Assembly (NCBI RefSeq): GCF_026626685.1
Contig: NZ_JAPNJX010000021.1
Coordinates: forward strand, 1-41,328
Source of the DNA: Nannocystis sp. SCPEA4
GTDB taxonomy: Bacteria; Myxococcota_A; Polyangia; Nannocystales; Nannocystaceae
Reading direction: 5' to 3'
Length of the DNA stretch: 41,328 nucleotides
The translations under genes and the position numbers were made by a program. Positions 21,232 through 30,385 of this stretch are shown here, piece after piece (positions within the stretch are counted from its first letter, which is position 1; every line of letters starts with the position of its first letter). A model generated the notes under the pieces. The model did not search any database. It was not told where the DNA came from and saw nothing but the letters and a program-made list of their open reading frames with translations.

Positions 21232-22845
21232 ATGACCGCCAGCACGCCGATCCATCACGCGCGCTACCTCGTGCTCGGCAGCGGGCTCGCGGGCCTCTAC
21301 TTCGCCCTCGAAGTCGCCGATCGCGGTCCGGTGGTGATCCTCACCAAGCACCGCGCCGAGTCGAGCAACACCCGCTGGGCGCAGGGCGGGATCTCGGCCG
21401 TGTTCTCCGGCGACGACTCGCTCGAGGAGCACATCGAGGACACGCTGGCCGTCGGCGCCGGCCTGTGCAACCGCGACATGGTCACCTACGCCGTCCAGCG
21501 CGGCCCCACCCTCGTGCGCCGCCTGGCCGAGCGCTACGGCGTGCGCTTCGACCGCGTCGGCGGCGACGAGCACGCCCCGTTCGAGCTCGGCCGCGAGGGC
21601 GGCCACTCGCGCCGGCGGGTCGTGCACCACCGCGACACCACCGGCCACGAGATCGAGCGCGCCCTGCTGGCGGCCGCGCACGCCCACCCCAACATCACGA
21701 TCCACGAGCACCACACCGTCATCGATCTCCTCAGTTGGTCGAAGGTCGACGGCAGCCGTGGTTGTTTCGGCGTGTACGCCCTCAACAGCGCCGCCGACCG
21801 CGTGGAGGCCTTCGTCGCCCCGATCACCGTGCTGGCCACCGGCGGCGCCGGGCGCGTCTATCGCTACACCACCAACCCGGCGGTGGCCACCGGCGACGGC
21901 GTCGCCGTCGCCTACCGGATCGGCGCTGCGGTGGCGAACCTCGAGTTCATGCAGTTCCACCCGACCTGCCTGCACCACCCGGACGCCAACACCTTCCTCA
22001 TCTCCGAGGCCCTGCGCGGCGAGGGCGGCATCTTGCGGCGGGCCGACGGCAGCGACCTCATGGCCGAGCGCCACCCGATGGGCTCGCTCGCCCCCCGTGA
22101 CGTCGTCGCCCGCGAGATCGACGCCGAGCTCAAGCGGTCGGGCGAGCGCTGCGTGTTCCTCGACATGACCCACCTCGATCCCGACTACGTCGTGGCGCGC
22201 TTCCCGGCGATCCACGCCCGCTGCATGTCGGTCGGCATCGACATGCGCAAGGATCCGATCCCCGTGGTCCCCGCCGCCCATTACATGTGCGGCGGCGTCG
22301 TCGTCGATCGCCACGGCCGCACCGAAATCCCCGGCCTGATGGCGATCGGAGAGGTGGCCATGAGCGGCCTCCACGGCGCCTGTCGGCTCGCCTCCAACAG
22401 CCTGCTCGAGGCCGTGGTGCTCGCCGACGGCGCCGCCCAGGCCTGCGACGACTTCGGCCGCGGGCCCCCCGCGCACGTGAACCCGTGGAACGAGGGCGCC
22501 GCCCGCGACAGCGACGAGGCCGTGATGGTCTCGGCCAACTGGGAAGAGGTACGCGCCGCCATGTGGAACTTCGTCGGCATCGTCCGCTCCGACAAGCGGC
22601 TCGAGCGCGGGCGCCGGCGCCTCGACCTCATCCGCGAAGAGATCCTCGAGTACTATTGGAAGTTCCGCGTCACCCGCGACGTGCTCGAGCTGCGCAACAT
22701 CTCGCTGGTCGGCAGCCTCATCATCGAGTGCGCCCGCCAGCGCAAGGAGTCGCGCGGTCTCCACTACACCATCGACTACCCCGGCATGCGCGACGACCAG
22801 GCCCACGACACCATCCTCGACAAGCGCTCGGGGCCGCGGGCCTGA
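21232..22845 (+). CDS. nadB: L-aspartate oxidase
   Basis: FAD-binding N-terminus (YLVLGSGLAGL), succinate DH/fumarate reductase flavoprotein fold, conserved RGEGG and HYxCGG motifs. Start ATG 21232 (MTASTPI). Confidence 0.9.
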   Translation: MTASTPIHHARYLVLGSGLAGLYFALEVADRGPVVILTKHRAESSNTRWAQGGISAVFSGDDSLEEHIEDTLAVGAGLCNRDMVTYAVQRGPTLVRRLAERYGVRFDRVGGDEHAPFELGREGGHSRRRVVHHRDTTGHEIERALLAAAHAHPNITIHEHHTVIDLLSWSKVDGSRGCFGVYALNSAADRVEAFVAPITVLATGGAGRVYRYTTNPAVATGDGVAVAYRIGAAVANLEFMQFHPTCLHHPDANTFLISEALRGEGGILRRADGSDLMAERHPMGSLAPRDVVAREIDAELKRSGERCVFLDMTHLDPDYVVARFPAIHARCMSVGIDMRKDPIPVVPAAHYMCGGVVVDRHGRTEIPGLMAIGEVAMSGLHGACRLASNSLLEAVVLADGAAQACDDFGRGPPAHVNPWNEGAARDSDEAVMVSANWEEVRAAMWNFVGIVRSDKRLERGRRRLDLIREEILEYYWKFRVTRDVLELRNISLVGSLIIECARQRKESRGLHYTIDYPGMRDDQAHDTILDKRSGPRA

Positions 22846-22857
22846 CGCCTGGCCTTT

Positions 22858-23586
22858 GTGACAGGAACCTTCCCACCTGTGCGAAGCATTCGTGACGATT
22901 CCGAGCGACGCGCGCGCCTGTCCGCGCCCTCGCGCTGCCCTCGGCGAGCGTCGGCGCGCCGACTCCTCGCCTGTTTCCTCCTGGTCGCTGCCTGTCGCGG
23001 CGGTGCTGGCGCCCGCAGTCCCGAGGCCTTGCGCGACGCCTATGCCCGCGCCCTCGCCGCCGACGATCCTGCGGCCGCTTACGCGCTGCTCAGCCCGGAG
23101 CTGCGCGCGGCCACCTCCAAGGAGGCGTTCACAGCCCGCTGGAAGACCCAGGCGGCCGAACGGGCCGCCGCGAAGGCGGCGCTGGACACGCTGCCGCCGG
23201 CTCTGAAGGCCCCTGTCCGCGGCGGCGAGACTCTGCACGAGGGCGCGGTGCTGTCCTGGGCCCAGGTCGGCGACGGTTATCAGGTCGTGTCAGGTTTGCC
23301 GGACCTGCCCGACCTGTCGACCCCCGCAGGAGCGATTCGGGCCTTCGTGCTCGCGGTCCGACGGGCCGATCTCGACGCGCTTTCCGCGCTGCTCGCGGAC
23401 GATCTCTCTTCGAGGCTTCGGGATGACTGGAACCGCCGGGCCGATCTGCTGGAGCAACTCCTGAAGCAACCTGGGGCAATTGAGTACACCCCCGGGATGG
23501 AACGCGCGATCCTGCGCTACGAGCCCGGGCGGGCCCTGACGCTCGAGCAGACTCCGCAGGGATGGCGGATAGTGGCCCTGCAGTGA
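22858..23586 (+). CDS. hypothetical lipoprotein
   Basis: Lipobox RRLLACFLLVAAC. The 5' end has rare codons, so the true start is uncertain (GTG 22858 or 22879). Confidence 0.5.
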   Translation: MTGTFPPVRSIRDDSERRARLSAPSRCPRRASARRLLACFLLVAACRGGAGARSPEALRDAYARALAADDPAAAYALLSPELRAATSKEAFTARWKTQAAERAAAKAALDTLPPALKAPVRGGETLHEGAVLSWAQVGDGYQVVSGLPDLPDLSTPAGAIRAFVLAVRRADLDALSALLADDLSSRLRDDWNRRADLLEQLLKQPGAIEYTPGMERAILRYEPGRALTLEQTPQGWRIVALQ

Positions 23587-24052
23587 GATATGCCAGGTTC
23601 ACACCGTTCTTTTCACTGGACGCGCCTTGGCCGGCTGCTATCTACTTTGCCCGACAGGCGGGCAAACCCGCTCGCTCTGAGGTGGCGACAGTCGTGGCCA
23701 CCTGACTTGCTGTCCGTCGGCCCTGTGTGACCCGGACGGCAAGTGGCCGACCGGTGTCCGGGCGGCCGTCCGCTCTCGACCCCCTTGGCTTGTCGCTGCT
23801 TCTTCGCCCTTTCCGCCGCGCCATCGACCGGCCGCGCAGTCAACCCGCAGTAATTGCTCTCAAACGGCCTCTTTGGCCCTTTTTCCGCTTAAAAAGAGCA
23901 ATCTGCGCCGAACTGGCGAGCTGGCCTGCACCGGGCCCAACTGTCCCGAACTACTTGAAGGTGGGGGATTTTCACCCCACAACGGACGCCGACGAGTCGG
24001 CGGCACAAGAGGTGCAGAAGGGCGCGCGCAAACGCCTGGAGACGAACTGCCG

Positions 24053-24544
24053 ATGCAACCCCGATTCAACGTTGGTGAGAAGGCCGTTTACCCGACTCAC
24101 GGTGTCGCCGAGGTCATGGCCCTCGAGACGAAAATCATCGAGTCGCGCCCGTTCCAGTTCTATCACCTGCGCGTCCTCGGCTCCGGACTCAAGATCATCG
24201 TCCCGGTGGCCAAGGCCGAAGAGAACGGCATGCGTCCGCTCGCTGACGGTGAGATGATCGACGAGCTCTACGATCTGCTGCGCGACCACGAGGTCCCGTG
24301 CGATCGCCAGACCTGGAACCGGCGCTACCGCGGCTTCATGGAGAAGATCCGCACGGGTTCGCTGTTCGAGGTCGGCGAGGTCTACCGCGATCTGAGCCTG
24401 CTCAAGCACACCAAGAATCTCTCGCACGGCGAGCGGCAGATGCTGCAGACCGCCCGGAACCTGGTCATCCGCGAGCTCTCGACCGTCCGCAACGAGCCCG
24501 AGTCCGCCATCGCCGCCGAACTGGACTCGATGCTGCAGGCTTGA
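24053..24544 (+). CDS. cdnL: CarD/CdnL family RNA-polymerase-binding transcription factor (CarD_TRCF RID domain)
   Basis: FNVGEKAVYPTHGVAEVMALETKII... RID domain. About 163 aa. Start ATG 24053 (MQPRF). Confidence 0.8.
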   Translation: MQPRFNVGEKAVYPTHGVAEVMALETKIIESRPFQFYHLRVLGSGLKIIVPVAKAEENGMRPLADGEMIDELYDLLRDHEVPCDRQTWNRRYRGFMEKIRTGSLFEVGEVYRDLSLLKHTKNLSHGERQMLQTARNLVIRELSTVRNEPESAIAAELDSMLQA

Positions 24545-24557
24545 GTAAGGTCCGCGC

Positions 24558-25085
24558 GTGGCCACCGACATCAACGAGTCCGTCGAGATCCAGATCTCGA
24601 CCTTGCCCTGGGAACAGATCGCGGTCGACGCCTTCGTGTGTCCGACCAACTCCGAGGGCGTGATGAGTCACTTCCCGGCCAACAAGATCCGCGACCTCGC
24701 CGGTCGTGAGGTCGAGGCCATGGTCAAGGAGCACACGCCGCTAGCGATCGGCGCCGCGTTCGTCACGCCTGCGGGCAAGATGAAGGCGAAGTACCTCATC
24801 CACGTGCCCAACACCGATCGCCCCGGCGGTCGCGTCCAGGTCGAAGACGTCCTGCGGGCCACGGCGGCGGTGCTGGTCGCCTGCAAGGTCAAGGGCTTCA
24901 CGAGCGTGGCCGTCCCGCTGATGGGAGCGTTCGAGCTCGGGATCCCGGCCGAGGAGGCCGCGCGCGCGATCCACAGCGAGCTCAAGGTCTACCGCGGCGA
25001 CCGCCCCCTGCGCGCCTTCCTCATGGCCAAGGACGCCGACGACGTCGAGGTGTTCGAGCTCGCCATGGAAGGGAACATCCCGTAA
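24558..25085 (+). CDS. macro domain protein (ADP-ribose binding / O-acetyl-ADP-ribose deacetylase-like)
   Basis: Divergent macro fold pattern: IAVDAFVCPTNSEG ... IGAAFVTPAGKMKAKYLIHVPN ... FTSVAVPLMGAFELGIPAEEAARAI. Confidence 0.65.
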   Translation: MATDINESVEIQISTLPWEQIAVDAFVCPTNSEGVMSHFPANKIRDLAGREVEAMVKEHTPLAIGAAFVTPAGKMKAKYLIHVPNTDRPGGRVQVEDVLRATAAVLVACKVKGFTSVAVPLMGAFELGIPAEEAARAIHSELKVYRGDRPLRAFLMAKDADDVEVFELAMEGNIP

Positions 25086-25436
25086 ATGGGCCCGCTGCTC
25101 GACTACTTGCCGCTCGCGGCCGCCGTCGGGTTCGTCGGCGTGATCGGCGGTCTGGTCCGCGCCCGCGTGCGACCGCCGGCCCCCGCGCCCGACGCGAGCG
25201 AGAGTCTGGTCCAGTTGCGCCCCCGCCGACCCGTCGACGCCGGCGGGCTGCTCGCCCTCGCCGGCCTCGGCTTCGCCCTCGCCCTCGCCCTCGTCCTGTT
25301 CGCGCCGACGGCGGCGGTGTGCCTGTCCAGCACGACATGTCCTGAAGGACCTGCCCTTTGGGTCAGTGCTGCCGGCCTCGGCCTGCTCGGCCTGGCCACC
25401 GCGATCGCCTGGCCCTCGCTGACGCGCGCGCCATGA
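25086..25436 (+). CDS. small hypothetical membrane protein
   Basis: ATG immediately after the upstream stop. 3 hydrophobic helices. Contains a repeat copy at 25323-25367 read as ...STTCPEGPALW.... Confidence 0.4.
   Translation: MGPLLDYLPLAAAVGFVGVIGGLVRARVRPPAPAPDASESLVQLRPRRPVDAGGLLALAGLGFALALALVLFAPTAAVCLSSTTCPEGPALWVSAAGLGLLGLATAIAWPSLTRAP
25323..25367. repeat. repeat-family copy inside the CDS (ctgtccagcacgacatgtcctgaaggacctgccctttgggtcag)
   Basis: CTGT 25323, CATG 25337, CTGC 25351, so exact 14-bp phasing. Confidence 0.5.
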
Positions 25437-26728
25437 CCCTCGCGGTCGTCGCCTCCCCTGCGGCCACGGACTCGTCGCGCCTCTCGCAACCGCGATCGAG
25501 CTCGCCGAGCTCGCGCCGCCTCGCAAGCATCTGCCTCGCGCTCGGGATGCTCGCGCTCGTCGGCTGCGCCGCTCCACCGACCGGCGTGCGGGCCGAGCCG
25601 TCGACGCTGGTGTTCACGCCGGCGGCCGAGCGGCTCGAGCTGCGCCTCGTGAACCATGGCGAGGCGGCGGCGCCGCTGACGGCCATCCGTTTCGACTCGC
25701 GCACCCCGGACTGGAGCGCCTTCGCGATCGAGGATCGCGAGTACCCGCGGGAGATCGCTGCCGGCGGAGCCGTGAGCCTGCGCCTCCGCGTCGACCACGA
25801 TCACTTCACGCGAGGTGGCGCGCCGCGGTCGGGCAGCGCGCGCCTCCTCTTTGCGGCGGGCGCGGCGCCGCAGATCGTCGAGCTTCGCTACGCGCAACCC
25901 GACCCCGCAGGCGATCTGCTCCGCGCCGGAATCCGCACCGCGGTGCTGCTGGCGCTCGCCGCGCTGGCGTGGATCGGGACGCGGCGGCTCAAACCGCCGC
26001 TGACCTGGCCGGCGTGGTTACCGCTGATCGCCGCGTTCGCGCTGCTGCCGTTCGGCCCCGGCCTCTGTCCCGATGCGATTGGTCGACCCCTGTCCGCCGC
26101 CGACGTCGAGCAGTGCGCCGCGGGTCGCGGCGGCGTTCCGCTCGCACTCGTCGCCGTCGGTGAGGGCTGGATCGTCTATCTCGTCGCGCTGGTGATCGCC
26201 GCTCTCGGTCGCCTCACCGACACGACGCCGCTGGCACGGCGGCTCGCCTCGCGCGACCTCGCCCTTGCGGCCGCATTCGCCGGTCCGTTGCTGGCCTTTG
26301 GGACCCTCGATCCACGGCGCCTCGTGGGCGAGCAAGCTGTGGGTCTCTTCCACGGCGCCGCGATCTTCCCCGGCTGGGGTCTCGTCGTGCAACCGATCGC
26401 CGCCGCGGTGACGCTCGCGGTCGCGGCCGCGCCGCCGACGGGACGACTCGAGCGACTGGGCTTCGCAGCGGTGTTCGTCGCCTGCTTCCTCGGGGGTGCC
26501 GGTTTGCCGATGCTCCCCCTCGCCGGCGCCGTCCACGGCCTCGCGCTGTTCATCGGCGCAGTCGTGCTGGCGGCGAAGATCGCTGCCGTCGCGTGGCTCG
26601 TGCAACGACTGCACGCGACGGCCAGCGGCTCGCGTGCGCGCGCCGCTCTCTTCTTCTTCGAGCGGGCCGCGATACCCCTGGCGCTTGCGAATTTGCTGGT
26701 GACGTCGGCGTACGCCCTGCTTCGCTGA
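25433..26728 (+). CDS. hypothetical polytopic membrane (lipo)protein
   Basis: N-terminal lipobox LALVGC plus a soluble domain, then 8 or more TM helices. Start ambiguous (25433 MTLAV or later). Confidence 0.5.
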   Translation: MTLAVVASPAATDSSRLSQPRSSSPSSRRLASICLALGMLALVGCAAPPTGVRAEPSTLVFTPAAERLELRLVNHGEAAAPLTAIRFDSRTPDWSAFAIEDREYPREIAAGGAVSLRLRVDHDHFTRGGAPRSGSARLLFAAGAAPQIVELRYAQPDPAGDLLRAGIRTAVLLALAALAWIGTRRLKPPLTWPAWLPLIAAFALLPFGPGLCPDAIGRPLSAADVEQCAAGRGGVPLALVAVGEGWIVYLVALVIAALGRLTDTTPLARRLASRDLALAAAFAGPLLAFGTLDPRRLVGEQAVGLFHGAAIFPGWGLVVQPIAAAVTLAVAAAPPTGRLERLGFAAVFVACFLGGAGLPMLPLAGAVHGLALFIGAVVLAAKIAAVAWLVQRLHATASGSRARAALFFFERAAIPLALANLLVTSAYALLR

Positions 26729-27068
26729 TGTCGCTCGCGAGCAGGGCTCGTCGGCCAGGTCCCGAAAGACTCGTTCCGCTTGCGCACTCAGCGCGCAGCT
26801 TGTCGAGTGTCTCCAACGTAGCTTTTTTCCGAAGCAGGTGTTAGCGTGGCCGGCGAAAAGCCTTTACCGCAGGCTTGCCCGGCGAGCGCGGATGCTAGTT
26901 CGGACGCCAAACCTCGTAATCCGAGTGAGACGGGACACACGCGACGCCGTTACGGCCCCACGGTCCTGGGCTGAGATGGCGTCGCCGCAGGCTCGCGTGA
27001 AGAACCTGTCCCAAAGATATGAGCAGGCGCGGTATTGTACCCAGACCAATCTCGTGGGGAGCTGTCCC

Positions 27069-27097
27069 CGCGATCGCGGTCGCGGCCCATGTGGGCC
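27069..27097. promoter_or_regulatory. adjacent palindromes CGCGATCGCG and GGCCCA-TG-TGGGCC just upstream of the RBS (GGGGAGG) of the DUF4388 gene
   Basis: Perfect 10-bp palindrome 27069-27078 and 6-2-6 inverted repeat 27084-27097, 15 nt before ATG 27113. Confidence 0.4.
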
Positions 27098-27112
27098 ACG
27101 GGGAGGCAAGTA

Positions 27113-28045
27113 ATGGCAACCACGATCGCCCAGATCGGTGGCTTTGAACTTTGGGACATCCTGCAACTTGCGCAGACGTCGCGCATGTCGATCAAGCTGT
27201 CCGTCGAGTCGCCGCACGGCGTCGGCGCGATGTTCTTCCAGGGCGGCAACCTCGTCCACGCCGAGACCGGCGCGGCCCAGGGTGACGACGCCGTCAACAC
27301 CATCCTCGACTGGCGCGAGGGCAGCGTCTCGTCTTCGCAGTTGCCCGAGAACTGCCCGCAGACGGTGCGACACACGTCGATCGTCGCGCTGTTGATGGAC
27401 CGCGCCCGCCAGCGCGACGAGGCCTCGCGCAACGAGCCGCCGCCGCGCAGCGAGCCACCCGCGCGCAGCGAACCGGCGCCGCGCCACGATCCTCCGCAGC
27501 GCGCCGCCAACCCGCCCTCCCCTCCGCCGGTGCCCGTGATCGAGAAGCCGCAGCGCGCTCCGCCGGTCACCGTACCGCCACTTCCGCCGCTGCCGATCAC
27601 GACACCGTCCCCGGTATTCCCGGCTGCGCCCAACCTTGCATCGCGCGACAAGGAGCTGTCAGACATGGACCTCAAGGTCGTGAAGGCCATCCTCGAGGAG
27701 CTCGACGACCACCTCATGGGCGGCCTCATCAGCGTCGACATCATCAGCAAGGCCTCGGGCATGTCGCTCGCGGGGATCAACTCGGCGCCCAAGGCGTGCG
27801 CCATGTTCAACCGCCTGTCCGAGCAGCTGCACACCGCGCTGACCCGCTCCGAAGACGCCCTCGCCAAGGGCATCAACAAGTTCATCATCGAGGGCGACAA
27901 CGGCCTCCTGATCTTCGTCATCGAGCTCGACGAGCGCCACCGCTGGGCGATCCTCGTCGACGGCGTCAAGGCGCAGCTCGGCTGGGTGTTCGTCATCATC
28001 CCCGAGATCCAGCCGCGCCTGATCGCCGCGCTCAAGGGGCGCTGA
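27113..28045 (+). CDS. DUF4388 (PatA-like N-terminal) domain + Pro-rich linker + roadblock/LC7 (MglB-like) domain protein
   Basis: N-terminus IGGFELWDILQLAQTSRMSIKLSV...GAMFFQGGNLVHAETGAAQGDDAVNTILDWREGSV matches the DUF4388 pattern. The C-terminal ~120 aa alpha/beta segment (LLIFVIELDERHRWAILVDG...) resembles roadblock/LC7. RBS GGGGAGG. Confidence 0.6.
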   Translation: MATTIAQIGGFELWDILQLAQTSRMSIKLSVESPHGVGAMFFQGGNLVHAETGAAQGDDAVNTILDWREGSVSSSQLPENCPQTVRHTSIVALLMDRARQRDEASRNEPPPRSEPPARSEPAPRHDPPQRAANPPSPPPVPVIEKPQRAPPVTVPPLPPLPITTPSPVFPAAPNLASRDKELSDMDLKVVKAILEELDDHLMGGLISVDIISKASGMSLAGINSAPKACAMFNRLSEQLHTALTRSEDALAKGINKFIIEGDNGLLIFVIELDERHRWAILVDGVKAQLGWVFVIIPEIQPRLIAALKGR

Positions 28046-28101
28046 GCTGTCCTGTGGGACATGCCCTTCGAGGCATGTCCCCTGGCGCATGCACCTCGGC
28101 A
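28046..28101. repeat. 3 x 14-bp phased palindromic repeat array (ctgtcctgtgggaCATGcccttcgaggCATGtcccctggcgCATGcacctcgg)
   Basis: CATG at 28060, 28074 and 28088. GGGACATGCCC / GGGCATGTCCC inverted arms around TTCGA. Intergenic. Confidence 0.65.
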
Positions 28102-28136
28102 CCAGCCCTCTTATACCTGGCCGATCGGACAGCCCC

Positions 28137-28742
28137 GTGGTCTACATCAGCAAGGTCTACACCAAGTTCGGCGACCGCGGCGACACCATGCTCGCCAGCG
28201 GCGACACCGTCGGCAAGGACGCCCCGCGCGTCGCGGCCTACGGCGACGTCGACGAGCTCAACGCCGTGCTCGGCGTGCTGCGCGTCGAGCTGGCCCGCGT
28301 CGAGCCCGCCGCGCAGCGCGAGCTGCTGACGGCGCTGGACGCCCAGCTGGGGCGGATCCAGCAGGAGCTGTTCGACCTCGGCGCCGAGCTGGCGACGCCG
28401 GGCGCGACCGAGGGCAAGGCCCCGTTGCGCGTCGAGGAGGCCGACGTCACACGGCTCGAGCAAGAGCTCGACGCGTGGAACGCCGACCTGCCGCCGCTGC
28501 GCAGCTTCATCCTGCCGGGCGGCGGCCCGCTCGGCGCCTACGCCCACCTCGCCCGCACCGTCTGTCGCCGGGCCGAGCGCACCGTGGTCGCGCTGACCCG
28601 CGTCGAGCCGGTCCGCGCCGAGGCCGTCCGCTATCTCAACCGCCTCAGCGATTACTTCTTCGTCGTCGCCCGCGCCGTCGCCCACGCGTTCGCCGTGCCC
28701 GAGGTCCTGTGGGATACGCATCGCCGGAGCTCCACCCCGTGA
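28137..28742 (+). CDS. PduO-type ATP:cob(I)alamin adenosyltransferase
   Basis: VYISKVYTKFGDRGDTML...RVAAYGDVDELNAVLGV signature. GTG start 28137. Confidence 0.8.
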   Translation: MVYISKVYTKFGDRGDTMLASGDTVGKDAPRVAAYGDVDELNAVLGVLRVELARVEPAAQRELLTALDAQLGRIQQELFDLGAELATPGATEGKAPLRVEEADVTRLEQELDAWNADLPPLRSFILPGGGPLGAYAHLARTVCRRAERTVVALTRVEPVRAEAVRYLNRLSDYFFVVARAVAHAFAVPEVLWDTHRRSSTP

Positions 28743-28975
28743 CCCAGCCCGGCCCGCCCCTCCTCAAGTTCCGCTACGAGTACCCGCCCGGCGAGGCGCA
28801 CTTCCTCGAGGCGCCCTCGGCCGAGGCCGCGGTCCGCTTCCTGCGGCGCACGTACCCGCACAACCCCGTCGACGTGCTGCCCACGCTGCGCGAGATCTCG
28901 CGCTGGCCCGCCTTCTGGAAGACCGTCGACGCCCAGGGGCTCGTCGTCCCCGACAACGCCAGGCCGCGCTCCTGA
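28739..28975 (+). CDS. small hypothetical protein (78 aa)
   Basis: GTG overlapping the upstream stop (GTGA). Uniformly high GC3. No recognisable motif. Confidence 0.45.
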   Translation: MTQPGPPLLKFRYEYPPGEAHFLEAPSAEAAVRFLRRTYPHNPVDVLPTLREISRWPAFWKTVDAQGLVVPDNARPRS

Positions 28976-29037
28976 GCCGTTCTGGCGCGTCGAGGCTCGC
29001 TTGACAGGGCCCGGGGCCCCGCCCACCCTCCGAGGCG

Positions 29038-29847
29038 ATGGCCGACGACGATCCGATCACCGAGGGTTACTTCGATCGCCACCTGCATCGGCCGCTCGCA
29101 GCGTGGGTCCTGGGCCGGGTGCGACCGGCGCCGAGCCTCGAGCTGCTGACCCTCGCCGGGCTCGTGGTCGGCCTCACCGGCGCCGTCGCCGTGCTCCTCG
29201 CCTCGCCGCGCAGCGTCGACTGGATCTTCCCCGCGTGGCTGCTGTTCGCGTTCACCGTCGCCAGCAGCGGTCGTCGCCTCCTCGCCGGTCATTCGGGCGC
29301 CGAGCCCGAGGCCGGGATGCTGGAGTTCGCGATCGGCGCCGCCTTCTGGATCGCGCTGACGCTGCGCGCCGCGCCGGACAGCGCGTGGACGTGCACCGTC
29401 GCCTCGATCGCGCTGGTCAGTGCTCTGGTCCACGTCGGCCTCCAGGCCGAGCTGCGGCGGCGCTTCGCCGAGCTCACCGGCGGTGACGGCGACGTCGCGC
29501 CTCCCTCGCCGCGGCCCTCGGTGGCTGCGCTGGCGCGCGGGCTGGCGCCCGCCGTGTTCCACGACCTCGCGGCCGCACTGCTCGGGCCCGAACACCTCGG
29601 CGGCCGGCCCCCGCCGGGCGCCGCGCGCTCGCTCCTCGCCGCGCCGATGCGCATGGCCGCATGGCTCGGTCACGACACCCACCTCGCCCTGCTCTACGTC
29701 GCCACCGCGGTCGCCGCGGTCCGCATCGACCTGGCCTTCTGGACAGTCGCCCTCGCGGTCGCGGTCGGCCTCAATCTTTGGGCGCTGCTGGTCGTGGCCG
29801 GCTGGCGCCGCGCCGAGGCGCTGGTCCGCCGGCTCGCGCCCGTGTGA
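29038..29847 (+). CDS. hypothetical polytopic membrane protein
   Basis: 6 or more hydrophobic helices. No catalytic motif recognised. Confidence 0.5.
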   Translation: MADDDPITEGYFDRHLHRPLAAWVLGRVRPAPSLELLTLAGLVVGLTGAVAVLLASPRSVDWIFPAWLLFAFTVASSGRRLLAGHSGAEPEAGMLEFAIGAAFWIALTLRAAPDSAWTCTVASIALVSALVHVGLQAELRRRFAELTGGDGDVAPPSPRPSVAALARGLAPAVFHDLAAALLGPEHLGGRPPPGAARSLLAAPMRMAAWLGHDTHLALLYVATAVAAVRIDLAFWTVALAVAVGLNLWALLVVAGWRRAEALVRRLAPV

Positions 29848-30011
29848 AGCGCGGCCGAGGATCGGGCGAGACAACCGCAGCGCCCGACGAGCGAAGCGCC
29901 CCGGAACGCCCGGGCTCGGCCCGTGCACGCGTTGCTGCGCCTGCGGACCCCGCGACGACGAGCGCGCCCGGGCTGCGACGAGCGCAGCGCGGGCGCGGAG
30001 GGATGGCCGAT

Positions 30012-30058
30012 CGCACATGTCCCGAGGACCCTGTCCCCGGGGCCATGCGCCGGGCTCA
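30012..30058. repeat. repeat-family copy between convergent genes (gcaCATGtcccgaggaccCTGTccccggggcCATGcgccgggctc)
   Basis: CATG 30016, CTGT 30031, CATG 30044, a 14/15-bp phase. Contains a CCCCGGGG palindrome. Sits at the ACP 3' end, so it may be a bidirectional terminator. Confidence 0.55.
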
Positions 30059-30322
30059 GGACGCGGCGGCCTGCTTCTCCTGCAGCGTCTTGTGCAGCAG
30101 GTCGACCAGCTCGTTGATGTTGGTCAGCTTGTTGAGCTCGGCGCGGGGGATCTTCACCTTGAGCTCGCGCATGCTGCAGGAGACGACCTCGACGATGTCG
30201 AGACTGTTGGCGCCGAGGTCCTTCATCGACTTCGCGGGGTCGACCTGGGCCGAATCGATCCCTTCGACGGTGTCCACGAGGTGGCGCTTGACGACGGCCA
30301 AGACATCATCGCGGGTGCTCAT
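30056..30322 (-). CDS. acyl carrier protein
   Basis: DLGANSLDIVEVV with the phosphopantetheine-attachment Ser. 88 aa. Confidence 0.85.
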   Translation of the reverse strand: MSTRDDVLAVVKRHLVDTVEGIDSAQVDPAKSMKDLGANSLDIVEVVSCSMRELKVKIPRAELNKLTNINELVDLLHKTLQEKQAAAS

Positions 30323-30385
30323 TCTCGGTTCTCCTTGGTGGGCGCGGGGCAGACGGCCCGCAGCGAATCTCGCAGGAAATGAAGC

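Noticed and set aside
20995-23238. 747-aa minus-strand ORF
   Set aside because: Antisense to nadB and the following lipoprotein gene. Composition is Gly/Ala/Arg-dominated with no domain signature.
23613-23843. small ORFs (76 and 60 aa) in the cdnL upstream region
   Set aside because: Arg-rich, low GC3 consistency, no RBS. The region is better explained as a noncoding leader or regulatory DNA.
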